Assembly: GCA_958296075.1 (NCBI GenBank)
Contig: CATQHW010000005.1
Location: 73,270-137,269, forward strand
Direction of reading: 5' to 3'
Source: an uncultured Spirochaetia bacterium
GTDB taxonomy: Bacteria > Spirochaetota > Spirochaetia > SZUA-6 > Bin103
Length of the DNA stretch: 64,000 bases
Shown here: one piece after another, positions 36,652-48,044 of the stretch
Position numbering within the stretch: the stretch's first letter is position 1
Layout: each line of letters opens with the position of its first letter
Made by a program: the position numbers and the translations under genes
The notes under the pieces: model-generated
Database searches by the model: none
Told to the model about the DNA's origin: nothing
What the model saw: the letters and a program-made list of their open reading frames with translations, nothing else

Positions 36652-37833
36652 CTATACGATCCGGCGCAGGCCGGCAGCGAGCCGGCGCAGCGCCTCCGCA
36701 AGGGCGTCGTCGTCGGGTGCCGCGTACGCGATGCGCAGGTAGCAACCGCCGGTCAGCCCGAAGGCCGCTCCCGGCACGACCGCCACGCGGTGCTCGCGGA
36801 TCAGCCGCGACGCGACCGTTACCGAGTCGGCGTCGGTCGCCACGCGGGCCAGCGCGTAGAAGGCGCCGCGGGTCGCCGGCGCCTCCACCAGCGGCCGCAG
36901 CTCGCCGAACGTGCGCAGCACCGCCGACCGCCGGGCGGCGATCGCCGCGAGATGGCCGCGGCAGTAGTCGACTCCGGCGTCCAGTGCGGCGGCGGCCGCG
37001 AACTGCGAGATGATCGCCGGACTGATCGCGATCGTGTCCTGGATCTTGGCGGCGGCGTCGTGCAGGTAGGCGGGCATGCGCAGGTAGCCGATCCGCCAGC
37101 TCGCCAATCCGTACGCCTTGGAGAGCGAGTACAGGGAGATCGTGTGGTCGCCCGCGTCCGGGAGCGAGCCGGGCGAGAAGTGCTCGGCGCCGTCGTAGAG
37201 GAAGTACTCGTACGCCTCGTCGTGGACGTGAAAGAGGCCGCGTTCGGCGCACAGGCGGTTCAGGGCGCGCAGGTCCGAGCGCGGATAGACGGCGCCGGAA
37301 GGATTGTTCGGGGAGACCGTGACCACCGCGCGCGTGTCGGCGGTGATCGCGGCCTTCACGGCGTCCAGGTCGAGTTGGAAGTCGCGGTCGGTGGCGGCCA
37401 GCACGGGCCGGCAGCCGGCCATCGTCACGGCCATCTCGTGGTTGAAGTAGAACGGGGACATCAGCACCACGTCGTCCCCTGCGTCGCAGATCGCCAGCAG
37501 CGCGTTGACGAACGCCATGTTGCCGCCGGCGGTGACCATCAGTTCGTGTTCGTCGCCGACGGCGATCCCGTTCTCCCGCGACAGCTTGGCGGCAATGCGC
37601 TCGCGCAGCGCGGGAATGCCGTACACCGATGCGTACTTGTGGTTGTCGGCGTCGGCCAGGAAGCGGTCCAGCGCCTCCCGCACGCCCGGCGGCGGGGGAT
37701 AGCCGACCACCCCCTGTCCCAGCGAGATGGTGCCCGGGTTCTCGGCGATCAGGCGGTGGATGCGCGGGATGACCGGCGGCTGCACGCGCCGCAGGCGGGC
37801 CGACTGACCGAGCGGCTTCTGAGGGCTCTGCAC
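36652..37833 (-). CDS. PLP-dependent aminotransferase class I/II
   Basis: SPNNPSGAVY, DEAY, SLSKAYGLASWRIGY. Confidence 0.93.
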   Translation of the reverse strand: MQSPQKPLGQSARLRRVQPPVIPRIHRLIAENPGTISLGQGVVGYPPPPGVREALDRFLADADNHKYASVYGIPALRERIAAKLSRENGIAVGDEHELMVTAGGNMAFVNALLAICDAGDDVVLMSPFYFNHEMAVTMAGCRPVLAATDRDFQLDLDAVKAAITADTRAVVTVSPNNPSGAVYPRSDLRALNRLCAERGLFHVHDEAYEYFLYDGAEHFSPGSLPDAGDHTISLYSLSKAYGLASWRIGYLRMPAYLHDAAAKIQDTIAISPAIISQFAAAAALDAGVDYCRGHLAAIAARRSAVLRTFGELRPLVEAPATRGAFYALARVATDADSVTVASRLIREHRVAVVPGAAFGLTGGCYLRIAYAAPDDDALAEALRRLAAGLRRIV

Positions 37834-37982
37834 CGCCTCAGTATACCGCTTTGGAACCCGACGACGTTGCGTGCGTGCGGTCGGGTTCGGTGTGAGGGTT
37901 GGCGACGGCCGCGCGGCAAGCTACCGTGCGGGGGGCAGCGCGGCGCTTGCGAGCGTATCCTGAAGAGGGGAGTGGAGATCGA

Positions 37983-38858
37983 ATGGCAGGGAAAATCGGT
38001 TGGATCGGAACCGGCGTGATGGGGCGCTCGATGTGTCTGCATCTTCGCCGGGCCGGATACGAGGTGGCGGTCTACAACCGCTCGAAGGACAAGGCGCAGG
38101 ACATGCTCGACGCTGGAGCCGTATGGTGCGATACGCCGGCCGGCGTGGCCGGCGGTAGCGAGGCGGTCTTCACCATCGTCGGCTATCCGCGCGACGTGGA
38201 GGAGGTGTACCTGGGGTCGGCCGGCGTGCTCGCGGCGACCGCGAGCGGCAGCTTGGTGATCGACATGACCACCTCGGAGCCGGCGCTGGCCAAGCGGCTC
38301 CACGAACGGGCGGCGCAGCGCGGGGTGGCGGCGCTCGACGCGCCGGTCTCCGGGGGCGACACCGGCGCCCGCGCCGGGACCTTGGCGATCATGGTCGGCG
38401 GCGACCGCGCCGACTTCGACCGCGCCATGCCGTACTTCCGCATCATGGGCGAGAACATCGCCTACATGGGGCCGGCGGGCGCCGGCCAGCACACCAAGAT
38501 GAGCAACCAGATCCTGATCGCCTCCACCATGGTGGGGGTAGTGGAATCGCTGCTCTACGGCCACCGCGCCGGCCTCGACCGCGACGAGATCATCGCCGTG
38601 ATCGGCAAGGGGGCGGCGAGCTGCTTTGCCATCAACAACCTGGGGCCACGCATCGTCAAGGGCGACTTCGAGCCCGGCTTCTTCATCAAGCACTTCGTCA
38701 AGGACATGGGCATCGCCCTGGCGGAGGCGCAGGCGATGCGGCTGGCCTTGCCGGGGCTGGCGCTGGCCAACCAGTTCTATACCGCAGCGATGGCGGAAGG
38801 GTTGGAGGACCGCGGAACTCAGGCGCTGTACCGGGTGCTGGAGCGTCTGAGCGGCTGA
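37983..38858 (+). CDS. NAD(P)-dependent 3-hydroxyisobutyrate/tartronate-semialdehyde-reductase-family dehydrogenase
   Basis: IGWIGTGVMG, LDAPVSGGD, KMSNQ, KDM; RBS GGAG. Confidence 0.92.
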   Translation: MAGKIGWIGTGVMGRSMCLHLRRAGYEVAVYNRSKDKAQDMLDAGAVWCDTPAGVAGGSEAVFTIVGYPRDVEEVYLGSAGVLAATASGSLVIDMTTSEPALAKRLHERAAQRGVAALDAPVSGGDTGARAGTLAIMVGGDRADFDRAMPYFRIMGENIAYMGPAGAGQHTKMSNQILIASTMVGVVESLLYGHRAGLDRDEIIAVIGKGAASCFAINNLGPRIVKGDFEPGFFIKHFVKDMGIALAEAQAMRLALPGLALANQFYTAAMAEGLEDRGTQALYRVLERLSG

Positions 38859-38878
38859 TCGCTACTGTGCGCCGCGCC

Positions 38879-39004
38879 GCCCAGGAGGCGGTAGGAACCG
38901 ACGCTGAGCGCCGGCCCGACCGCCTCTTGAACGCCGTTCGCCGCACCGCGCGTGCTGCGGGCGGCGGCCGTTGACCGTTCCGGGGGCGTCGGGATACTCC
39001 GGGC
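38879..39004. ncRNA. Candidate structured RNA (rod with internal loops; family unassigned)
   Basis: Ends pair (GCCCaGGAG / CTCCGGGC); CCGACGC 38898-38904 pairs with GCGTCGG 38986-38992; apical GC hairpin ~38930-38972. Confidence 0.35.
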
Positions 39005-39057
39005 AGCAAGTAGGCCGCGGTGGCCACCGCCACCCGCCGCAGGAAACGAGAGGGAAG

Positions 39058-40107
39058 GTGCGGGTCGAGATGAACGCTCCGCTGGCCGCCTGCAACACGC
39101 TCCGCGTGGCGGCGGCGGCGCGGTACTTGGTGCGCGTGGGCGGCGGCGCAGCCGACCGCGCGGCGCGAGAGCTGGCCGAGTTGCTCGCCGGCCCGCGCTT
39201 CGACCGCCTGCCGCGGCTGGTGCTCGGCGGCGGCAGCAATGTCCTGTTCGCCGGCGACTACCCCGGCGTCGTGATCCTGCCGCGCGCCGGCGGCATCGCG
39301 GTGCAGGAGAAGGCGGAGTCGGTGATCGTCACGGCCGCCGCCGGTCACGACTGGCACCGGCTGGTGGACTACGTGGTGGCGCGCGGCTGGGGCGGCATCG
39401 AGAACCTCAGTCTGATCCCGGGATCGGTCGGCGCGGCGCCGATCCAGAACATCGGCGCCTACGGAGCGCAACTCTCCGACGTCTTCGTCGACCTGCAGGC
39501 GGCGCCGCTGGCCGGCGGCGAGCCGCGTACCATGGACGGCGCCGCGTGCGCGTTCGGCTACCGGGACAGCGTGTTCAAGCGCAGTCTGCGCGACCGGATG
39601 CTCATCACCGAGGTGCGCCTGCGGCTGCGCAATCGGCCGCGGCTGAACCTGGAGTATGCCGGGGTGCGCGCGGAGCTGGCGCAGATGGCGGTCGCCGATC
39701 CCACGGTCGCCGACGTGAGCCGGGCGATCGTCCGCCTGCGCCGTCGCAAGCTGCCCGATCCGCACCTGCTGCCCAACGCCGGCTCCTTCTTCAAGAATCC
39801 GGTACTCGCGCCCAACGACTACGCGCAGGTCCGGGAACGCTGCCCGCAGATCGCCGGGGCGGCGGTCGACCGAGGCTACAAGGTTCCGGCGGCGCAGTTG
39901 ATCGAAGCGTGCGGCCTGCGCGGCCGCCGCTTCGGGCGCGCAGGCGTAGCCGAGCGCCATGCCCTGGTGCTGGTCAACCACGGCGACGCCTCCGGCGCGG
40001 ACGTGCTGGCCGCGGCTCGAGCGGTGGAAGAGGCGGTCGCCGAACGCTTCGGCGTGCGGCTGGAACGCGAAGTCCGCGTGATCGGCGGGGAAGAGGGGCC
40101 GGTCTGA
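39058..40107 (+). CDS. murB: UDP-N-acetylenolpyruvoylglucosamine reductase
   Basis: LGGGSNVLF, IENLSLIPGSVGAAPIQNIGAYG, FGYRDSVFK, NAGSFFKNP, HALVLVN. Confidence 0.95.
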   Translation: MRVEMNAPLAACNTLRVAAAARYLVRVGGGAADRAARELAELLAGPRFDRLPRLVLGGGSNVLFAGDYPGVVILPRAGGIAVQEKAESVIVTAAAGHDWHRLVDYVVARGWGGIENLSLIPGSVGAAPIQNIGAYGAQLSDVFVDLQAAPLAGGEPRTMDGAACAFGYRDSVFKRSLRDRMLITEVRLRLRNRPRLNLEYAGVRAELAQMAVADPTVADVSRAIVRLRRRKLPDPHLLPNAGSFFKNPVLAPNDYAQVRERCPQIAGAAVDRGYKVPAAQLIEACGLRGRRFGRAGVAERHALVLVNHGDASGADVLAAARAVEEAVAERFGVRLEREVRVIGGEEGPV

Positions 40108-40287
40108 TCACGGTTCATCGTACGATTCGGTATTCTCCAACAGGCGTCCACGATGCCCGGCCGGCGGCCGGAACGCTCGCCGTTCTGCGCAGCTTTCGGC
40201 TTGCGCCGTCGCTGCCTGCCGCCGTCATCCGCCAGCGGCTCGTCGGGTTCGCCGTTCCACAGGATCCGGAGATAACAGTTGGCCGGG

Positions 40288-42090
40288 TCATCTACCGGCA
40301 CGGCGGGTTTCCGTTCCGCTCGACTCCACCACCTCTGCGCTGTGCACCAGTTCCCAGCCGCGGAACACCAGCGCCAGCCCCTTGAACTCCGCCGCTGGGT
40401 AGCGGCGCGCCAGCCGCTCGTCCGCCAGATAGCGGCGCAGTTGCGTGACCGCCGCGGCGGCCGTGGACGCCACCTGCGCCGCCGTCGCCAAGTCGCGGCG
40501 CAGGTACTTCAACTCGATCACGTAGCCGTGCCGCATGCCCGGATAGCGCGCCGCCAACGGCTCCAGCACGATGTCCGCGTAGCCCTTCGCCAGTTCCAGC
40601 TCGGTGTGGAACACGAAGTAACCCGACGCGCTCAGGTAGGCGGCCAGGAAGCCCTGCACCACCTTCTCGCCCTGCAGGTAGTCGCGGATGCCGGTCTGCT
40701 CGGCCACCGCGGTGCCGAGCCGCTCGACCGCCGGGCGCCAGTCGCCGGCCAGCGCCATGCGCCGCGTCAGCCGGTCGAACTCCACCAAGTCCAGCGAGAA
40801 CACTCCGGTCTCCCGGTAGGCTTCGCGCAGGTAGCTGTACATCAGGCGCCGCACCGTCTGATTGGGGATGGCGAGGCGCGGCACGCCGGCCGCCATCCCG
40901 CAGATGCTCAGCAGGCCGAAGTAGTGCAGCAGCGACAGGAAGTTCTCGCGCTCGCCGAGCAGCGCCAGCGGGAAGGACTCCACCAGGTCGCTGTCGGCCC
41001 GCCCTTCGGCGATCACCTGCCGCAGCAGGTCGAAGTTGCCGTTCAACCGCCGCCCGGTCACCAGCAGGTGGCGCAGCTTGCCGTAGTCGATGCGCACGTT
41101 GACGTCGATCAGGTTGTCGGGTCCGGGCTCGTTGGGGATGGAGTGCTTCAGGTAATAGAGCACCATGTCGGTGTTGTAGACGACCTGCTCGGCGACCTTG
41201 GCGAAGCGGTAGCCGGCGTACCACTCGCGCATCGTGGCCAGCGCGGCATCCACCTCCTGGTCGAATACGCCCAGGTCCCGGTAGGTCTCCAGCAGGCCGC
41301 GCACCTCGGACTCGGTGAAGCCGAGCAGCTCGTTGAATTCCGGCCGGAGGCTCAGGTTGGAGCCGATGTTGAAGCCGCTGGTGGCGTCGTCCATGGTGAT
41401 CGGCGACACGCCGGTGACGAACAGCCGCTCGATGCTGCCGTTTTCGGTGCCGGCCTTGAGGGTGGCGAAGAAGTTGCGGTAGAAGCCGCCGCCGTGGGTG
41501 AACGAGTGGTACGCCTCGGCGCCCTGGTGCGCCAGGATGGTGTTGGCGAAGTTGTCGTACTCGTCGATCAGCACGTAGAGCGGTATCCCCTGCCGCCGGG
41601 AGTGCAGGAACAACGCGACGAGTTTGTCGGTGATCGTCGGCTCCGATCGAAACTGCGCCACCACGGGTTCCGGGAAGAGATCCGGATTGCGTTCCGCCGC
41701 GTCCATGAACACCTTGGCGCAGTAGTTCTCGAAGTTTCGCTCCAGCGTCTCGGGGGCGTCGTTGAAGGCGGAGAAGTTGAACCGCAGCACGACGTAGCGG
41801 CTGCGGTTGGGCGTCGGGTGGCGGCCGATGTCAGTGCCGGCGAACACCGCCTCGAAGTCGTCCGCCTCGGTGCGGTCGTAGTAGCTCTCCAGCAGCGACA
41901 GCCAGCAGGTCTTGCCGAAGCGCCGCGGGCGGATGAAGAACACGAACCGCTCCTGCTCCAGGGCGTGCAGGAAGCGCGTCTTGTCGACGTACAGGCAGCC
42001 TTCCCGGCGCAGGCCCTTGAAATAGGCGAGCCCGTAGGGGATCGTCGGATACGGCGCAGGAGCGCGGGACGGCGCAGCGGGCGCGGACAC
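40288..42090 (-). CDS. AAA-ATPase-like + PD-(D/E)XK nuclease protein (intact)
   Basis: IPYG...YVDKT, RPRRFGKT, LIDEYDNFAN, GYADI, VIELKY; TAAGAT 6 nt before GTG. Confidence 0.9.
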   Translation of the reverse strand: MSAPAAPSRAPAPYPTIPYGLAYFKGLRREGCLYVDKTRFLHALEQERFVFFIRPRRFGKTCWLSLLESYYDRTEADDFEAVFAGTDIGRHPTPNRSRYVVLRFNFSAFNDAPETLERNFENYCAKVFMDAAERNPDLFPEPVVAQFRSEPTITDKLVALFLHSRRQGIPLYVLIDEYDNFANTILAHQGAEAYHSFTHGGGFYRNFFATLKAGTENGSIERLFVTGVSPITMDDATSGFNIGSNLSLRPEFNELLGFTESEVRGLLETYRDLGVFDQEVDAALATMREWYAGYRFAKVAEQVVYNTDMVLYYLKHSIPNEPGPDNLIDVNVRIDYGKLRHLLVTGRRLNGNFDLLRQVIAEGRADSDLVESFPLALLGERENFLSLLHYFGLLSICGMAAGVPRLAIPNQTVRRLMYSYLREAYRETGVFSLDLVEFDRLTRRMALAGDWRPAVERLGTAVAEQTGIRDYLQGEKVVQGFLAAYLSASGYFVFHTELELAKGYADIVLEPLAARYPGMRHGYVIELKYLRRDLATAAQVASTAAAAVTQLRRYLADERLARRYPAAEFKGLALVFRGWELVHSAEVVESSGTETRRAGR

Positions 42091-42139
42091 GCGAGTATCT
42101 TATCTCACTCGCGCATACGGCGCCTACCGGATGGTCGCC

Positions 42140-42538
42140 AGCCAGCTTGTTCAGATTGATTCTCTCTGCGGCGGCGTGCATGTCCAGGATACACTGGACG
42201 AAGTTCATGCCATGGCAGTGCTTCAGGATGTGCCGGGCGAACCTCTCGTACAAAAGGTGCTCGTCATGGCGAACCGCGTAGAGCGCTTTGCCGATCTCGC
42301 TGAGCGTCGCGTCGTTCTCCTCGATGAGGCCGTACGCGCGCAGCGAGAGTTTGGTGTTGTTGGCGAGCTTGCTCCTGTTGTAATCGGAAGTACGGTGACC
42401 GGCGAAGTACCGGTCTCGGACAGCGGCCTCGAATCCCTTCCAGTCGGCGCCGTGTTCATGGGCCAGCTCCAGGAGATACGCAAGTTCGATCTGCGCCGGC
42501 GAGAACTCGCTCCCGAAGGGAAGATCGCTGCGTGGCAT
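42140..42538 (-). pseudogene. Truncated N-terminus of a probable restriction endonuclease
   Basis: About 132 protein-like residues (SDLPFGSEFSP...KLANNTKLSLRAYGLI...FARHIL), then read-through into the AAA gene's promoter. Family assignment is from recollection only. Confidence 0.5.
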
Positions 42539-42727
42539 CAGACGACCTGTTCACGTTGACGTCCCGCGCGCGCCTGCACGGTAAGCGTGGAGGCGCGCAA
42601 ATCGGCCATTCGCGCGCGCGTCTCCGGCGGCTGCCGGCCGGCTTTCGGCAAGTTTTCAGCCAGCAGGCCGCGCCCGATCACGTTTTGGCCGACCGACGGC
42701 GGTGGCGAAGCTGCGATCAGGAGTCGA

Positions 42728-44962
<2,235 letters not shown>

Positions 44963-45064
44963 TCAACCGAGCGGACCATCGGCGCCGCACAGGCCGCGCC
45001 GCACGCAGGCCGGCCGCTGGACGGTGCGGCGCTCGGGGCGTCATGCTGTCCGTGGAGGTGAACT

Positions 45065-45928
45065 ATGGAGGAGCAGGACCCCCGGCGCGAAGCCGGGGAG
45101 CAGGCATTTCGATTCGTTGACGGCTGGGGGGGCGGCTCGGCGGGGCGAACGCTGGGGATCGCCTCCGGCGTGGCCGTCGACAGCCGCGACCGGGTGTACG
45201 TGATCGACCGCGAACCTGACCCCGCCATCGTCGTGTACGACCGCGACGGCGTCCTGATCACGGTGTGGGGTGAGGACATCTTCAGCGTCCCGCACGAGCT
45301 GTGGATCGACGAGCACGATCGCGTGCTGGTGGCCGATTGCGGCGATCACACGGTGCGCATCTGCACCGCCGACGGCCAGGTGCTGCAGACGCTGGGCACG
45401 CCGGGCATGCCCGGAGACGTCGGCATGCCGTTCAATCGGCCCACGCGCGCGGCGGTCGCCGCGGACGGCGAGATATGGGTGGCCGACGGCTACGGCCAGG
45501 AGTATCTGCACCGCTTCTCCGCCGCCGGCGAGCTGCTGGCGACCTTCGGCGGCCGCGGCGCCGGCCCGGGCTGCTTCACGCTGCCGCACTCGGTGGTGTG
45601 CGACGACCGCGGCCGCATCCTGGTCGCTGACCGGGAGCCCAATAACCGCATCTGCGTGCTCGATCGCTCGGGGCGTCAGGTGGCCGAATGGCGCGGCCGG
45701 CGAGGCCCCTGCGGCCTGTTCGTGGGCGGCGACGGGACGGTCTACCTGGCCGACGGCGGTTTGGTGATCCTCGATGGGGACGGCAACGAGCTGGCCGACG
45801 TTCCGATGCCGGAACAGCCCACCGGCCACGCGCACGGAGCGCACAGCGTATGGGTCGACCGGCACGGGGACATCTACGTGACGGAGGTCGGCGTGGAGAA
45901 CCTGGTGCACAAGCTCACGCGCGCGTAA
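45065..45928 (+). CDS. NHL-repeat beta-propeller protein (PAL-like)
   Basis: Repeated F..PH/PT...D...V.VAD motifs; RBS GGAGG. Confidence 0.85.
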   Translation: MEEQDPRREAGEQAFRFVDGWGGGSAGRTLGIASGVAVDSRDRVYVIDREPDPAIVVYDRDGVLITVWGEDIFSVPHELWIDEHDRVLVADCGDHTVRICTADGQVLQTLGTPGMPGDVGMPFNRPTRAAVAADGEIWVADGYGQEYLHRFSAAGELLATFGGRGAGPGCFTLPHSVVCDDRGRILVADREPNNRICVLDRSGRQVAEWRGRRGPCGLFVGGDGTVYLADGGLVILDGDGNELADVPMPEQPTGHAHGAHSVWVDRHGDIYVTEVGVENLVHKLTRA

Positions 45929-45937
45929 GCGGGCACC

Positions 45938-46918
45938 CTACCACTTCAGCAGGTTGCCTCCGAACGTGAGGCCTGCGCCGAAGCCGACGGTGATCAGAAG
46001 ATCGCCGTCGGCGACCTTGTCGCGCTCGTACAGCTCGTTCAGGGCGATGGGGATGGTCGCCGCCGACGTGTTCGCGTACTCCTCGATGTTCAGGTAGAAC
46101 TTCTCGGTGGGGATGCGCGCCCGTTTGGCGGCCGCCTCGATGATCCGGCGGTTGGCCTGGTGCGGGACGATGTAGGCGATGTCGTCGATCGTCAGCCGGT
46201 TGCGGTCCAGTATCTGCTGGATCACCTCGATGATCGCCGGCACCGCGAAGTTGTAGACCGACTGCCCCTCCATCTTGATCAGCAGGTCGCGTTCGGCGCT
46301 GTGGCCCAGCTTGAACGGCGCGCGCGTACCGCCGACCTCCCGCGCCAGATACGAAGCGCCCGAGCCGTCGGCCTTGAGGACCGAGTCCAGGATGCCGCGG
46401 CCGTTGGACGAGGGGCTGATCACCGCGGCGCCGGCGCCGTCGCCGAACAGCACGCAGGTGCTGCGGTCGGTCCAATCGACGATGCGCGTCAGCACCTCGC
46501 TGCCGATCAGCAGCACGCGGTCGGCGGCCCCCGAGGCTATGAACCCCTTCGCGGTCTCCAGGCCGTAGACGAACCCCGTGCAGCCGACCCCGATGTCCAT
46601 CGCCGCGGCGTTCTTGGCGCCGATCATGTTCTGCACGATGCAGGCGGTCGACGGGAAGCCGACATAGTCGGAAGAGGCGGTGGCCACCAGCACCATGTCG
46701 ATCGACTCGGGATCGGTCCCGGAACGGTCCAGCGCTACCTTGGCGGCCTGCGCTCCCAGATCGGAGGCGGCTTCGTCGTCGCTGGCAACGTGGCGATAGC
46801 CGATGCCGGTATGCGATCGGATCCATTCGTCTGAGGTGTCCAGAAACTCGGCGAGTTCGTCGTTGGACATGCGTCGGGACGGCGTATAGGCGCCGATCCC
46901 CTCAATTCTTGCGCCCAT
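45938..46918 (-). CDS. fabH: 3-oxoacyl-ACP synthase III
   Basis: GCTGF, FGDGAGA, PHQANRRI, ANTSAATIP, GFGAGLT. Confidence 0.96.
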   Translation of the reverse strand: MGARIEGIGAYTPSRRMSNDELAEFLDTSDEWIRSHTGIGYRHVASDDEAASDLGAQAAKVALDRSGTDPESIDMVLVATASSDYVGFPSTACIVQNMIGAKNAAAMDIGVGCTGFVYGLETAKGFIASGAADRVLLIGSEVLTRIVDWTDRSTCVLFGDGAGAAVISPSSNGRGILDSVLKADGSGASYLAREVGGTRAPFKLGHSAERDLLIKMEGQSVYNFAVPAIIEVIQQILDRNRLTIDDIAYIVPHQANRRIIEAAAKRARIPTEKFYLNIEEYANTSAATIPIALNELYERDKVADGDLLITVGFGAGLTFGGNLLKW

Positions 46919-47058
46919 CGGGTCTCCTTGGAGCGGTGTGGGAGTCTGATCCGCCTTCGAAGACGACTGTGGGTGCCGACTGTAGAGTCCGGGTCTTCAC
47001 GTGGTCAAGCGGGCTGCGTGGTGGTGGTCGGCCTGTCAGTGGTTGCGTGGTTGGAGCG

Positions 47059-47088
47059 TTGACGCGTCAGGGCGGGGGGAGCTATTGT
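47059..47088 (+). promoter_or_regulatory. Putative sigma70 promoter for fabD-fabG-fabF
   Basis: TTGACG-18 nt-TATTGT. Confidence 0.4.
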
Positions 47089-47105
47089 GCAATTTGTACC
47101 ATCCG

Positions 47106-48044
47106 ATGCGAACCTGTTTCCTGTTTCCGGCGCAGGGCGCCCAGTACCCGGGGATGGCCCGTGATCTCTGGGAGCGCAGCCAAGCGGTCAAGGACCTGTT
47201 CGGGATCGCCTCCGAAGCCACGGGCACCGATCTGCGGCGCCTGCTGTTCGACGGCACCGATACGGACTTGCGCGCCACCGATCGCACCCAGATCGCGGTC
47301 ACCCTTGCCAATCTGTCCGCGGCCACCGTGCTGGGCGAACATGGCGTGAGCGGCGACGGCTTCGCGGGGTTCAGCCTGGGAGAGTACTCGGCGCTGCACC
47401 TTGCCGGCGTGATCGGCGCGGCCGACATCTTCCCGATCGTCAAGGAGCGCGGCATTGCGATGGAAGCGGCCAGCCGCGCCTCCGATACCGCCGAAGGGCG
47501 TTCCGGGATGGCTGCGGTGATCGGCTTGGCTCCCGAGCGGGTGGAAGCGACGATCGCCGATCTGCCGGCCGGAAGCATCTTCATCGCCAACTACTCGGGC
47601 GCGCGGCAAGTGGTGCTGGCCGGCACCGCCGGCGGCCTGCGCAGCGCGGAAGCGGCCTGCAAGGAGGCGGGTGCCCGACGCTTCATCTCCCTCAAGGTGT
47701 CGGGGCCGTTTCATTCGCCGCTGATTCGCGATGCGGCCGAGCGGCTGGCGGAGGCGCTGGCCGGCGTGTCGTTCGCCGACCCGGTGCGGCCGGTCTACGC
47801 CAACGTCACCGGCGCGCGGGTCACCTCGGGAAGCGAAGCGCGCGATCTCTGCGTCCGGCAGGTGGTGTCGAGCGTGCGCTGGACCGACGAGGTGGCCGCC
47901 CTGCAGGCCGACCGATACGAGCGCTACCTCGAGGTCGGGCCGGGGCAGGTGCTCGCCGGCCTCTTGCGGGGCTTTCCCGGCCGGTTGCGGTGCGAGGCGG
48001 CCGGCACCCTGGAGGCGATCGAAGCGGTCGCGGCGGCGGCATGA
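47106..48044 (+). CDS. fabD: Malonyl-CoA-ACP transacylase
   Basis: FPAQGAQYPGM, GFSLGEY, VSGPFHS. Confidence 0.95.
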   Translation: MRTCFLFPAQGAQYPGMARDLWERSQAVKDLFGIASEATGTDLRRLLFDGTDTDLRATDRTQIAVTLANLSAATVLGEHGVSGDGFAGFSLGEYSALHLAGVIGAADIFPIVKERGIAMEAASRASDTAEGRSGMAAVIGLAPERVEATIADLPAGSIFIANYSGARQVVLAGTAGGLRSAEAACKEAGARRFISLKVSGPFHSPLIRDAAERLAEALAGVSFADPVRPVYANVTGARVTSGSEARDLCVRQVVSSVRWTDEVAALQADRYERYLEVGPGQVLAGLLRGFPGRLRCEAAGTLEAIEAVAAAA

